From Polyangiaceae bacterium (GTDB lineage Bacteria; Myxococcota_A; Polyangia; Polyangiales; Polyangiaceae), in NCBI GenBank assembly GCA_965222375.1, contig CBDCTZ010000015.1, forward strand, positions 288,001 through 352,000: DNA of 64,000 nt, written 5' to 3'. Made by a program: the position numbers and the translations under genes. Below the pieces are notes generated by a model that saw only the letters and a program-made list of their open reading frames with translations, ran no database searches and had not been told where the DNA came from. Below are positions 1 through 9,130 of this stretch, one piece after another (the first letter of the stretch is position 1; each line of letters starts with the position of its first letter).

Positions 1-183
1 CACAAGGCGACTCGCTTTGGCAAGGTGACCTGGGCCGAGAAGGGCTGGAAGGCCCCGGACCAACCGGCACCCCCACCCGCAGGCAAGCTCGCGCCAGGCG
101 TGGGTGCGAAGCCTCGAGTTCTGATGCCCAACAAGGAAATGATCCGGAAGCTGAAGCTGCCCAAGCGGCCGCCGCCCAAATGA
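1..183 (+). CDS. 3' end of a gene entering the window (Pro/Lys-rich C-terminus)
   Basis: Frame 1 is open from base 1 (HKATRFGKVTWAEKGWKAPDQPAPPP...KRPPPK) to TGA at 181-183. Confidence 0.6.
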   Translation, partial: HKATRFGKVTWAEKGWKAPDQPAPPPAGKLAPGVGAKPRVLMPNKEMIRKLKLPKRPPPK

Positions 184-222
184 CGCTGTCGCCCGGCGCT
201 TCGAGCACCGGGCTGTGGGCCG

Positions 223-600
223 TCATTTCAGTTTGAACCCACGAACGATTTCGCCTTCCTTGTCAGCGCAGCGCCGCGTCTGCACCCGTGCATCTGCGAG
301 GGTCTTCTTGGCCAAAGCGACCTGCCGAGCCGCAGCTGAGAGGCCGCCGTCCGACGAAAGCTTGTCGGCGGCGACGCGAGTAGCGTCGAGTCCGCGTTGG
401 TGAAGGGCGTAGGCCTTGACGCAGAGGTCTTGGAAGCTGCAGAGCTTGGGCAGCTGGCAGCTTTGGCCCTTGAGTTTCTCGAGATGGGCGGCTTTGGAGT
501 CCGAGTCCGCGTCCCGAAGTTCTCGAACCGCGTGCACGATCCGTTCGGCTTCGGCGCGCTGAGCCGCCTTTGCCTCGTCGTCGCAACCAGCGCTCGACAT
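223..600 (-). CDS. Putative lipoprotein, helical, hypothetical
   Basis: C-terminal part of ORF 223..1416; hydrophobic stretch ending SAG-C-DDE then helical Cys-containing sequence; start uncertain (600 or slightly upstream). Confidence 0.55.
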   Translation of the reverse strand: MSSAGCDDEAKAAQRAEAERIVHAVRELRDADSDSKAAHLEKLKGQSCQLPKLCSFQDLCVKAYALHQRGLDATRVAADKLSSDGGLSAAARQVALAKKTLADARVQTRRCADKEGEIVRGFKLK

Positions 601-647
601 CAGACCGAACGCCACGACACAACTGGCTAAATGCCCTCGTGGCGCCG

Positions 648-1184
648 TTAGTCCGCTGCTTTCGGCGGAGGCCCCATCTGAATGCGTTCGCCCACATATG
701 CGCCAATCAAAGTGAAGAGCACGCCCAGCGCGCTCATCAGCACATACATGAATGCGGGCATCGTCTTGACCGTCTGCGCACGGAACAAGAAGAACGCGGT
801 GGGGATGGCGATCAGAAACGAGGCTACAACCGGTTCGATGAAGGTCTTGCCCGGTGAGACCAAGCCGACGAATAGACCGCCGATGAACCACACCGGAATC
901 GCGACCAGCATGCCGGCGGAACCCTCGAAGTCGAAGGCAGGCAGCACTATCGGGAGAAACACCACGATGGCGGCGGTGAGCACGCCCATGATGCCCATGG
1001 AGACGCCAAACCACAGCGGGCTGAACCCCTCCTGCTGGTAGCGCCGCTCGAGTTCCTCCTGACGCGACAACGCCCGTTTGAGGTCGTCGATCTTCGCGCC
1101 ACACGACACACAACGGTTGTTGGGCAGTGGGGCGGTGTTCTTGAAGCCACAAGAAGGGCAGATGATTTTCTTTACTTGAGCCAT
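648..1184 (-). CDS. Zinc-ribbon plus 4-TM membrane protein
   Basis: CPSCG...CVSCG zinc ribbon followed by about four hydrophobic helices; ATG at 1184. Confidence 0.8.
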   Translation of the reverse strand: MAQVKKIICPSCGFKNTAPLPNNRCVSCGAKIDDLKRALSRQEELERRYQQEGFSPLWFGVSMGIMGVLTAAIVVFLPIVLPAFDFEGSAGMLVAIPVWFIGGLFVGLVSPGKTFIEPVVASFLIAIPTAFFLFRAQTVKTMPAFMYVLMSALGVLFTLIGAYVGERIQMGPPPKAAD

Positions 1185-1443
1185 CCGACTCGCCCGTCGC
1201 TCGCCCCCTTGGGGCGACTTCCGAGTCGACTCTCGCACAAATCCTGGGGTCGTGGGAACCACCTGCGCGCTTGGGCTCGGAAAGTGCATTTTTCCCGCCC
1301 AGCCGGGTCTCTAGGAGGGTTTCGAGGTATACGTTGAGGGACCTGGGGCGCTGGGACGGAACCTGCCCGGACCCCGGTTGTCGGACCCAGAGCATGGCCC
1401 CTCCTCGCGACCCCATCCGCCACTTCAGCCCAGGCGAGGCCTC

Positions 1444-2103
1444 ATGAGCCCCCGTGACACGGCGGAACTGCCGCTGAGCGTGGCCGAAGAGCGCGATCCG
1501 GAGCTCGAGGCACTACCCGAGCCCCGGCGTCCTGGGCGCAACCTCACGCTGGTCACGCTGGTGATCACGGCTCTGGCCTCGCTGCTGATGGCGAACGCTC
1601 TCCGCTCCGAAGCCCAATACGCCCTGGTGAAGGGTCCGCCGGTGGCCCTGGGCAACTTGGCTGAGCTTTCCCCGGGTGCGGACATGAAGAACAAATGGGT
1701 CCAGGGAGAAGCCCTGCTCGGGTCCAGTCGAGCCATTCGTTACGGGCGACCCCTCGAATCCGACAGCTACCGCCTCGCGCCCGTGGCTGGCCATGAGCGC
1801 ATCTGGGTGCAGGTCCGTGTTCCCCAAGGCCTGGAGGGGCCGCGCTTCGTTCCGCCCACTTCCTTTGTCGGGCGCCTCGTGCCGATTCATGAAGCCGGCT
1901 TGCGTCATTCCGGCCTATCGGATGCCATCAACAGCGCGGGTGCAGGCCGACCCGCACCGGACGCATGGCTGCTCGTGGACGGTGAGGCGCCACGCACGAC
2001 TCGCTGGGCGCTTGGTCTGATCGCGCTATTCCTCGGATTCGCTGGGTTTTCTGGCTACGGCTTGTTCCGATTGTTGCGCCGCACGCAAGCCGACAGCGCC
2101 TAA
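1444..2103 (+). CDS. Hypothetical membrane protein (N- and C-terminal TM helices)
   Basis: Two hydrophobic segments bracket a soluble domain; co-oriented with purM. Confidence 0.75.
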   Translation: MSPRDTAELPLSVAEERDPELEALPEPRRPGRNLTLVTLVITALASLLMANALRSEAQYALVKGPPVALGNLAELSPGADMKNKWVQGEALLGSSRAIRYGRPLESDSYRLAPVAGHERIWVQVRVPQGLEGPRFVPPTSFVGRLVPIHEAGLRHSGLSDAINSAGAGRPAPDAWLLVDGEAPRTTRWALGLIALFLGFAGFSGYGLFRLLRRTQADSA

Positions 2104-2151
2104 CCGCCAGCCTTGTCCGTTTGCAGCTCCGGACGTGCTATCACCCGGGCC

Positions 2152-3201
2152 ATGGCGATCACGTACCGCCAAGCAGGTGTGGACATCGATGCTGCTGACC
2201 GGTTGATCGAGCGCATCAAGCCTCTAGCGCGGAGCACGCGGATCCCCGAGGTCGTGGGGGGTGTGGGTGGGTTTGCTGGTCTTTGTGGGCTCCCTGCGGA
2301 CATCGAGCAACCCCTGCTCGTGAGCGGAACCGACGGCGTTGGCACCAAACTGAAAGTGGCTTTCGCCACGGGCAAGCACGACACTGTCGGGATCGATCTG
2401 GTCGCCATGTGCCTGAACGACGTCATCACGGTTGGCGCGCGACCGCTGTTCTTCCTGGACTACTTCGCCTGCGGTCGGCTCGATGTCGATGTTGCGGAAG
2501 CTGTGGTCAGCGGCATCGCGAAGGGCTGCCGCCAAGCCAGTGCGGCGCTCTTGGGAGGCGAAACCGCCGAGCTCCCCGGCATGTACCCAGATGGCGAATA
2601 CGATCTCGCCGGGTTCTGCGTCGGTGTCGTGGGTCAGAAGAAAGTACTCGGACCGGAGCGTGTCCAGAGCAGCGATGTGCTGATTGGAGTCGCGTCCAGC
2701 GGGCTGCATTCCAATGGCTACTCCTTGGCCCGCAGGGTGCTGGAATCCCACTTCGAACTGGATAGCCACGTGACCGAGTTGGGAATGACCCTGGGTGAGG
2801 CACTGATGACTCCGACTCGGATTTACGCGGCGGGGGTACAGAAGCTGATCGCCGCTCTGGGGCAAGACGTTCACGCCCTGTGCCACGTGACCGGAGGCGG
2901 CCTCGACGGCAATCTGCCTCGGGTCCTGCCCACGGGTTTGGAGGCACGGCTGCACATGCCCCCCGGAGCACCCCGGATCTTCGATTTGATCGCAAAGCTC
3001 GGTCCCGTAGAGACCTCGGAAATGCGGCGCACCTTCAACCTGGGCGTGGGCATGGTGGCTTGCGTCAGTGCCGGGAAGGAGCAGGCCGCCCTGCAGGCCC
3101 TCGAGGCGGCTGGTGAAACGGCCTTCGTTTTGGGCCAACTCACCGCATCGAACTCTGCCGACGGCGCGGCTGTAGTCGCTTACGAAGGCGCGCCGCGGTG
3201 A
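2152..3201 (+). CDS. purM: Phosphoribosylformylglycinamidine cyclo-ligase (AIR synthetase)
   Basis: TYRQAGVDID, GTDGVGTK, GGETAELPG, SSGLHSNG, HVTGGG, RTFNLGVG motifs. Confidence 0.97.
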   Translation: MAITYRQAGVDIDAADRLIERIKPLARSTRIPEVVGGVGGFAGLCGLPADIEQPLLVSGTDGVGTKLKVAFATGKHDTVGIDLVAMCLNDVITVGARPLFFLDYFACGRLDVDVAEAVVSGIAKGCRQASAALLGGETAELPGMYPDGEYDLAGFCVGVVGQKKVLGPERVQSSDVLIGVASSGLHSNGYSLARRVLESHFELDSHVTELGMTLGEALMTPTRIYAAGVQKLIAALGQDVHALCHVTGGGLDGNLPRVLPTGLEARLHMPPGAPRIFDLIAKLGPVETSEMRRTFNLGVGMVACVSAGKEQAALQALEAAGETAFVLGQLTASNSADGAAVVAYEGAPR

Positions 3202-3827
3202 CACTACAGCTCGGAGTTCTTGTGTCCGGGGTTGGTACGAACCTCCAAGCGATCCTGGACGCGGTAGAGTCCGGACGCTTGGATGCCCGGGTCCGAGTCG
3301 TGATCAGCAATCGGCCAGACGCGCTGGCCTTGACGCGAGCCTCCGCGGCGGGCGTGCCGACGGTCGTAGTCGATCACCGGCAACACGGCAGCCGCGAAGA
3401 GTTTGACGGCGCCCTGGTCGAGGAACTGCGCGCGCATGAAGCGCAGACCATCGTACTGGCGGGCTTCATGCGCCTGCTGACCAAGCGAATCCTGTCCGCA
3501 TTTCGAGACCAAGTCATCAATATCCACCCTGCCCTGCTACCGGCGTTTCCAGGAACCCGGGCCCAGGAGCAGGCGCTGCACTACGGCGTCAAGGTCACAG
3601 GCTGCACCGTCCACTTCGTCGATGAAGGCGTGGACACGGGACCCATCATCGCCCAGCGTGCCATCGTGATCCAAGAAGGCGAAGACGTCGACGCTCTGAG
3701 CGCCCGCATGCTCGAGCAGGAGCACGAACTCCTGGTGGAAACGCTAGGCCTGGTCGCCAGCGGCAAGGTCGAGATTGAACCGCACGCCGAAGGGCGGCGG
3801 CGACGTGTGGTCGTGAGGCCCGCGTGA
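3198..3827 (+). CDS. purN: Phosphoribosylglycinamide formyltransferase
   Basis: SGxGTNLQA, LAGFMR, INIHPALLPAFPG, GCTVHFVDEGVDTGPII; GTGA overlap with purM. Confidence 0.97.
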   Translation: MTLQLGVLVSGVGTNLQAILDAVESGRLDARVRVVISNRPDALALTRASAAGVPTVVVDHRQHGSREEFDGALVEELRAHEAQTIVLAGFMRLLTKRILSAFRDQVINIHPALLPAFPGTRAQEQALHYGVKVTGCTVHFVDEGVDTGPIIAQRAIVIQEGEDVDALSARMLEQEHELLVETLGLVASGKVEIEPHAEGRRRRVVVRPA

Positions 3828-5374
3828 CGAACCGCCACTACGACGTGGTGGTGCTGGGTCGATCCCTGGGAGCGCTGACTGCTGCAGCACTTCTGGCCCG
3901 GCGCGATTTCAGGGTACTCGTACTGGGCCAGGGCCAGCGTCCAGCCCGCTACCGTTACGAGCGCTTCACGCTGCTCCGCCGTGCTTTCACGCTGCTGTCC
4001 GCGTCTTCGCCGGTCATGAAGCGGCTGCTGCAGGAGCTCGCCCAAAGTCCACGCTTTGGGCGTCGCACCCGGGAGCTCGACCCCATGTTCAGCATGCTCA
4101 TGCCGAACAGGCGCATCGAAGTTGCACCCGACATAGAGCTGTTCAGTCGCGAGGTCGAGCGGGAGTTCCCAGAAGTACGCCAGCTCGTCGACGAGTTGTA
4201 TTCGACCTTCGCGCAGGTCAACGCTGCAGTCGACGTCGCCTTCGAGCGCGACGCCGTTTGGCCCCCGGAGGGTTTTTGGGAGCGCCTGGAAACTGGTCGA
4301 GCAGTAAGCCAGATCCCCTTCACCGGCGCATCGGCGCCCCGGGATGTACTCGGGAAGTTCCCAGCGGGTCACATCTATCGGGACGTAGTACTGATACCCG
4401 CCAGTTTCGCGACGGATCTTGCCGTCCCCCCGGACCAATTGCCGGCTCTGGTAACGGCTCGACTGCACGGCGCGTGGACACGCGGGGTGCCAGCCATGAG
4501 TCAGGGGGAAGACGAGCTGTCCGAATTCTTGATCGAGCGCATCGAAGCCCACGGTGGTGAGTGTCGCTTGGAGCGCTCGGCAGTCCGCATCGTCGTTGAA
4601 CGCGGCCGGGTTGCAGCGGTCCTCGAGGACGGTGAGGACGACCCAACTGGGGCGGACAGCGTCGTGAGTGACGCCTCGGGTGAGGTTGTCGCAGACCTGG
4701 CCCAGGGAGACGGCATCACCAAGCGAGCGTTGAACGACTGGCCGCGCCTGAGCCCGACGGTTGGGCGGTTCGTGGTCACCCTGGCCGTCAAGACCTCAGG
4801 ACTACCCGACGCACTGGGGCAAGAGGCGTTCATCCTGCCGCTCTCTGGGGAAAAGCAGAACCCCCGTCACCCGGTAGTGCATTTGCAACGCCTGGACTCG
4901 GTGGCAGAGGCCCCCGACGAAAGTGTGCTCGCGGCGGAAGTGCTGCTCTCCACCCGCGGCCCATTGACATTGCTCGAGGCCCGCAACGCCCTGCTCACCA
5001 CGCTGAAGGAGCACTTCCCGTTTCTGCCCAAGCACTTTCTGGTTGTGGACTCACCCCACGACGGACTGCCGCTTTCGGATTTCACCTCCGGCACCGAACG
5101 CAACATCGACCGAATTCACCTAGCCGACAGCACGCCAGGTGCCGAACCGATGCGGTGGCAATGGTCCGTCGACCCGCCGGGCTACCTGGACGTATCCGGC
5201 GAGCCAGTACGCGGCCCGATTCCCGGCAGCTTCCTGGTCGGCCCAACCGTCCTCCCCGGCCTAGGCCAAGAGGGGGAGCTGCTTGCGGGGTGGGGAGCTG
5301 CGCGAGTCATTACCAGGAGTGATGGGCGCCGGCAGCGCATGCGGCGCCAAATGTGGACCAAGATCGAAACCTGA
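3824..5374 (+). CDS. Phytoene-dehydrogenase-like FAD/NAD-binding fold protein
   Basis: N-terminal YDVVVLGRSLGALTAAALLARRDFRVLVL dinucleotide-binding-like motif; RIEAHGGECRL segment; GTGA coupling to purN. Confidence 0.7.
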   Translation: MTNRHYDVVVLGRSLGALTAAALLARRDFRVLVLGQGQRPARYRYERFTLLRRAFTLLSASSPVMKRLLQELAQSPRFGRRTRELDPMFSMLMPNRRIEVAPDIELFSREVEREFPEVRQLVDELYSTFAQVNAAVDVAFERDAVWPPEGFWERLETGRAVSQIPFTGASAPRDVLGKFPAGHIYRDVVLIPASFATDLAVPPDQLPALVTARLHGAWTRGVPAMSQGEDELSEFLIERIEAHGGECRLERSAVRIVVERGRVAAVLEDGEDDPTGADSVVSDASGEVVADLAQGDGITKRALNDWPRLSPTVGRFVVTLAVKTSGLPDALGQEAFILPLSGEKQNPRHPVVHLQRLDSVAEAPDESVLAAEVLLSTRGPLTLLEARNALLTTLKEHFPFLPKHFLVVDSPHDGLPLSDFTSGTERNIDRIHLADSTPGAEPMRWQWSVDPPGYLDVSGEPVRGPIPGSFLVGPTVLPGLGQEGELLAGWGAARVITRSDGRRQRMRRQMWTKIET

Positions 5375-5445
5375 TCACGAAGGCGAAGTCCCCAAGATCA
5401 CAAGAAAATCGCCGCCGTCGGCGGAAGGGTGTATCCTCGAAGGTG

Positions 5446-6609
5446 ATGCGACGAATTCTCCCTGCCATGCTCCTTTCGGCGGCGTGTGTTCTTGCTCCCG
5501 GAGCCGCCTACGCGGATACGCCAACTTCTTCGATTCAAGTGCTTGCCATCGCGAGCGACAAGAACTTCAAGCACGCACAAGCGCTGACCGTTGCTCTGAA
5601 GCGTGCCGTGACGCGCGCGGAAGGTTGGGCGCTCGCGAAGGGGGACTACTCCCTCGAGGTCATCTCCCTGGCCATCGGCTGCGATGTGCCACCGAACGCC
5701 GCGTGCCAGAAGAAGATTGCGGGCAAGGCCAATGCCAACCGCTACATTTGGGGTACGCTAAAGACCGAGAAGAAAGAAGTCATCGCAGACCTGCACCTCT
5801 TCGAAAACGGCGCGGAGGCACGGTCCACCACCCTTCGATACGCTTCGAATCTGACCGACCCGTCGGACGACACGCTGATGGATGTTGCCGCGGGCGGCTT
5901 CGCGGAGTTGATGGGGGCAACCCAGGGCGTACTGGTCGTCGTCGCCGGAAACGTCGACGGGGAGGTGTTCGTCGACGGCGAAAAGGTGGGGCTCATCAGC
6001 GAGGGCCGCACCGAACTCACGGTGGCCCCGGGTGAACACAAGGTTCTGGTGCGCGCCCCGGGGTACAATGATGCCGTTGGAACGGTAACGGTGCGTCCTG
6101 GAGACAGCGCCGAAGTTCGACTCAAACCCACGGCCAAAGGCACGAGCGGGGGCGGAGACCCCACGTCGGATTCGGGCGGCGGAATGAGCACCAACAAGAT
6201 GCTCGGCTACGGCGGGCTGGCAGTTGGCGGTGTCGTAGCGGCGGCCGGCGGCTACTTCTGGCTGCGTTCCTTCCTCGACCAGAGCGATTCGGACTGGGAG
6301 GAGTTCAAAAAACCCATCCCAGACAACGTCGACCCTTGCGACGTTGCGGCCAACGGCGGCAAGGACATCAACGGAAACGACATACCGCGCAACGCAAAGA
6401 TCAACGACCACTGCGACTCGAACAAGTCCAACAAGACGCTGGCGCTGATCTTGACCCCCGTGGGGCTGGCAATTGCAGGCGTCGGCGCGTACTTCTTGCT
6501 CACGGACGATAGCGGTGAAAAAGCCGCCAAGAAGCGTCCGCCAAAGGTCCAGCCGTTAGTCGGGCTAGGACCCAATGGCGGCGAGTTTCGGCTACACGTC
6601 ACGTTCTAG
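5446..6609 (+). CDS. Secreted PEGA-domain protein
   Basis: Signal peptide; EVFVDGEKVG...PGEHKVLVRAPGY PEGA pattern; C-terminal Gly-rich hydrophobic helices and terminal Phe. Confidence 0.85.
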   Translation: MRRILPAMLLSAACVLAPGAAYADTPTSSIQVLAIASDKNFKHAQALTVALKRAVTRAEGWALAKGDYSLEVISLAIGCDVPPNAACQKKIAGKANANRYIWGTLKTEKKEVIADLHLFENGAEARSTTLRYASNLTDPSDDTLMDVAAGGFAELMGATQGVLVVVAGNVDGEVFVDGEKVGLISEGRTELTVAPGEHKVLVRAPGYNDAVGTVTVRPGDSAEVRLKPTAKGTSGGGDPTSDSGGGMSTNKMLGYGGLAVGGVVAAAGGYFWLRSFLDQSDSDWEEFKKPIPDNVDPCDVAANGGKDINGNDIPRNAKINDHCDSNKSNKTLALILTPVGLAIAGVGAYFLLTDDSGEKAAKKRPPKVQPLVGLGPNGGEFRLHVTF

Positions 6610-6618
6610 CGATGCAGC

Positions 6619-7182
6619 ATGCGCGTGATCGCGGGCACCCTCGGCGGCCGACGCCTGCGGGCACCGCCGGGTCGCGGCACGCGTCCGACGACGGACCGCG
6701 TGCGCGAAGCACTCTTCTCGATCCTCGGAAACCTGGAGGAGCAACGCGTGCTGGACTTGTACGCTGGTAGTGGCGCGCTGGGCATCGAGGCGCTGTCTCG
6801 AGGTGCCAAGCACGCAGTGTTCGTCGAACAGGCAAAGCCGGCGCTCTCCGCTCTGCGAGACAACCTGCATGCGCTAGGGCTGGAGCAGCGAAGTGACGTG
6901 CTCGGCGTGGGCATCGAGCGCACTAGGGCTCGGCTTAGCCAACTGGGCCCCTTCGATCTGGTGCTCTGCGATCCCCCGTGGGCGGAATTGGACGTCGCCG
7001 TCCGAAATCTCGGGCGGGCCTTGCCGGGCTGCCTTGGGGCGGGAAGCCGGCTGGTGCTGGAGCACGCCGCCGGGGCCGAGCCACGGCTACCGGCCAGCCT
7101 CAGCCTGGGCCTGAGCCAGCGCCGCCAGTGGGGCGACTCAGGAGCCTCATTTTTCCGTCAGATCGCCTCGGAATGCCCCTGA
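6619..7182 (+). CDS. rsmD: 16S rRNA (guanine966-N2)-methyltransferase
   Basis: MRVIAG, TRPTTDRVREALF, LDLYAGSGALGIEALSRGA, DPPW. Confidence 0.95.
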   Translation: MRVIAGTLGGRRLRAPPGRGTRPTTDRVREALFSILGNLEEQRVLDLYAGSGALGIEALSRGAKHAVFVEQAKPALSALRDNLHALGLEQRSDVLGVGIERTRARLSQLGPFDLVLCDPPWAELDVAVRNLGRALPGCLGAGSRLVLEHAAGAEPRLPASLSLGLSQRRQWGDSGASFFRQIASECP

Positions 7183-7263
7183 ACGGACGGCGCTGTTCCA
7201 GAGCTTGCTTGTTCCACTATAGTCCTGCCAGATATTGTCGTAGATCCATGGATGGAGCACTTA

Positions 7264-7842
7264 ATGGCTGAATCGACCGCACCGCCGCCGAAGACAGGAA
7301 GCGGCGGCTTCATCGCCGCTATTGTGGTGATGCTGCTATTGGGTGGCGGTCTCGTCTTTTGGAAGATGAGAGGGCAGGAAGAGAAGGTGGCCGAGCTGCC
7401 GCCTCCTCCTCCGCCGAAAACGGCGGAGCCTGTACTGGAAGCCCCCCCACCGCCTCCCCCACCCAAGGAGGAGGACGCTGGGACGAAAAAAGTATCCAAC
7501 ACCAAGCGGGTCGTCGGTGGCGGCGGCGGTGGCTGCGGCGGAACCTGCAAGGGTACCGCCAGCGCGGCGCTCCAATCGGCGCTCCGCGGTCGCGCGGGCC
7601 AGTCCCGCGGCTGCTACGAGCGAGGATTGCGCCAAAATGCCCTGCTTCAAGGAAAAATCACCGTGGCCATCCGCATCGGGCCGACAGGTCAGGTTTGCAG
7701 TGCCAGCATAGCGAGCAACAGCGTGGGAGACCCCGGCGTGGCCTCTTGCGTCCTCGGGATGTTCCGGTCCGGGACCTTCCCGGCCCCTCAAGGGGGTTGC
7801 GTCGACGCCGCAGTTCCTATGAACTTCGTCCCGAAGTCGTAA
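7264..7842 (+). CDS. AgmX/PglI C-terminal (TonB_C-like) domain membrane protein
   Basis: Single TM, poly-Pro linker, C-terminal CYERGL...LQGKITVAIRIGPTGQV...VASCV...FPAPQGG. Confidence 0.8.
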   Translation: MAESTAPPPKTGSGGFIAAIVVMLLLGGGLVFWKMRGQEEKVAELPPPPPPKTAEPVLEAPPPPPPPKEEDAGTKKVSNTKRVVGGGGGGCGGTCKGTASAALQSALRGRAGQSRGCYERGLRQNALLQGKITVAIRIGPTGQVCSASIASNSVGDPGVASCVLGMFRSGTFPAPQGGCVDAAVPMNFVPKS

Positions 7843-7855
7843 TACGGAGGCGGAC

Positions 7856-8161
7856 GTGCGGCACTGGGTCTGGATTTACATGACGTTCCCGATCGTCCTC
7901 GCAGGAGCATGCGGCGAGGACGACGGCAAGACGCCCAACTGCCCCGACCTGCCCCTGTACGACGTACAAGATGCGACTGCGGCAGCGATCGCAGCACGCC
8001 AGGCCAATGAGTCCGCGGGCTGTGTGACCGGGCCGGGCACAGCGTCAACGAGCAACACGGGTGGCACCGGCGGTGGCAGTGGCGGAAGTGCGGGCTCCGC
8101 AGGCGCCTCCGGGGGCTCAGCGGGCTCAGCGGGCTCGAGCCAAGACGCGGGCTCAGACTGA
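7856..8161 (+). CDS. Small lipoprotein, Gly/Ser-rich tail
   Basis: LAGAC lipobox; CPDLPLYD motif. Confidence 0.65.
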   Translation: MRHWVWIYMTFPIVLAGACGEDDGKTPNCPDLPLYDVQDATAAAIAARQANESAGCVTGPGTASTSNTGGTGGGSGGSAGSAGASGGSAGSAGSSQDAGSD

Positions 8162-8192
8162 GCACGCTTGTCAGTGCCGTGGGCTTTGAGCT

Positions 8193-8987
8193 GTGACTGA
8201 GCACAGCCATGGCGTGTTGCTCACACTCGCCTACGACGGGGCGCACTACTCCGGCTTCGCTCGCCAGGTCAACGCACGCAGCATCGCGGGCGAACTGGAA
8301 GGAGCAATCCGCGCCATCGATCCGCAGGCCAGTCACGTGCGAGCCGTCAGCCGCACGGACGCTGGCGTACACGCTCTCGGACAGGTGCTCAGCTTCGACA
8401 CGGTCAAAGAGATCGACTGCAGAGGTTGGGTCCTCGGCCTCGCGCAACAGTTGCCCAGAGAGATCGCCGTCGTGCGCGCAGCGAGCGTGCCGGTCGGTTT
8501 TGATCCGCGCAGCGTGGCTGAGCAAAAGACGTATCGCTACGCATTGCTTCACAGTGTGACGCGGGATCCATTTTGGCACGAGCGTGCCTGGCGCTTGCAC
8601 GAGAGGTTGAACCACTCGGCAATGATCGAAGAAGCGAAGTCGCTGTTGGGGACTCACGACTTTCGTGCGTTTCGCAGTGCGCAAGACACACGAGAAAACA
8701 CAGTGCGAACCATGCTGCGCGCCAACGTGGCTATCTCGAAAAGCGATGCACGCGTGATCGAAATCGAAGTCGAAGGCGACCGATTCATGCACAGAATGAT
8801 GCGCATCATTTGCGGTACCCTTGTGGATATTGCCCGGGGCCGACTGGGGAGCGGTGCTATCCAGCGCGCGATCGCCTCCGGCCGGCGGGAGGATTTGGGC
8901 GTCACCGCGCCGCCAGGTGGCCTGTGTTTGGTGCGGATCGTCCTGAGCGATGCCGGACAGGACGCCTGGCCTGAGGCCGCTCATTGA
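8193..8987 (+). CDS. truA: tRNA pseudouridine(38-40) synthase
   Basis: AYDGAHYSGF, SRTDAGVHALGQ, GTHDFRAF, FMHRMMRII, TAPPGGLCL. Confidence 0.96.
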   Translation: MTEHSHGVLLTLAYDGAHYSGFARQVNARSIAGELEGAIRAIDPQASHVRAVSRTDAGVHALGQVLSFDTVKEIDCRGWVLGLAQQLPREIAVVRAASVPVGFDPRSVAEQKTYRYALLHSVTRDPFWHERAWRLHERLNHSAMIEEAKSLLGTHDFRAFRSAQDTRENTVRTMLRANVAISKSDARVIEIEVEGDRFMHRMMRIICGTLVDIARGRLGSGAIQRAIASGRREDLGVTAPPGGLCLVRIVLSDAGQDAWPEAAH

Positions 8988-9130
8988 CTGGGGTGGCCTC
9001 GTCGCGTAGCTTCCCCGGCGCAAGAATTGGAAGTCTTCGCGCGGTCCGGCGGTGCTTTTTGCAGCCCGCGAATAGGTAGCGCAGTCATGAAGAGTTGTCG
9101 CTACGCGAGCACGCGCCGAGGGAAAAGACG

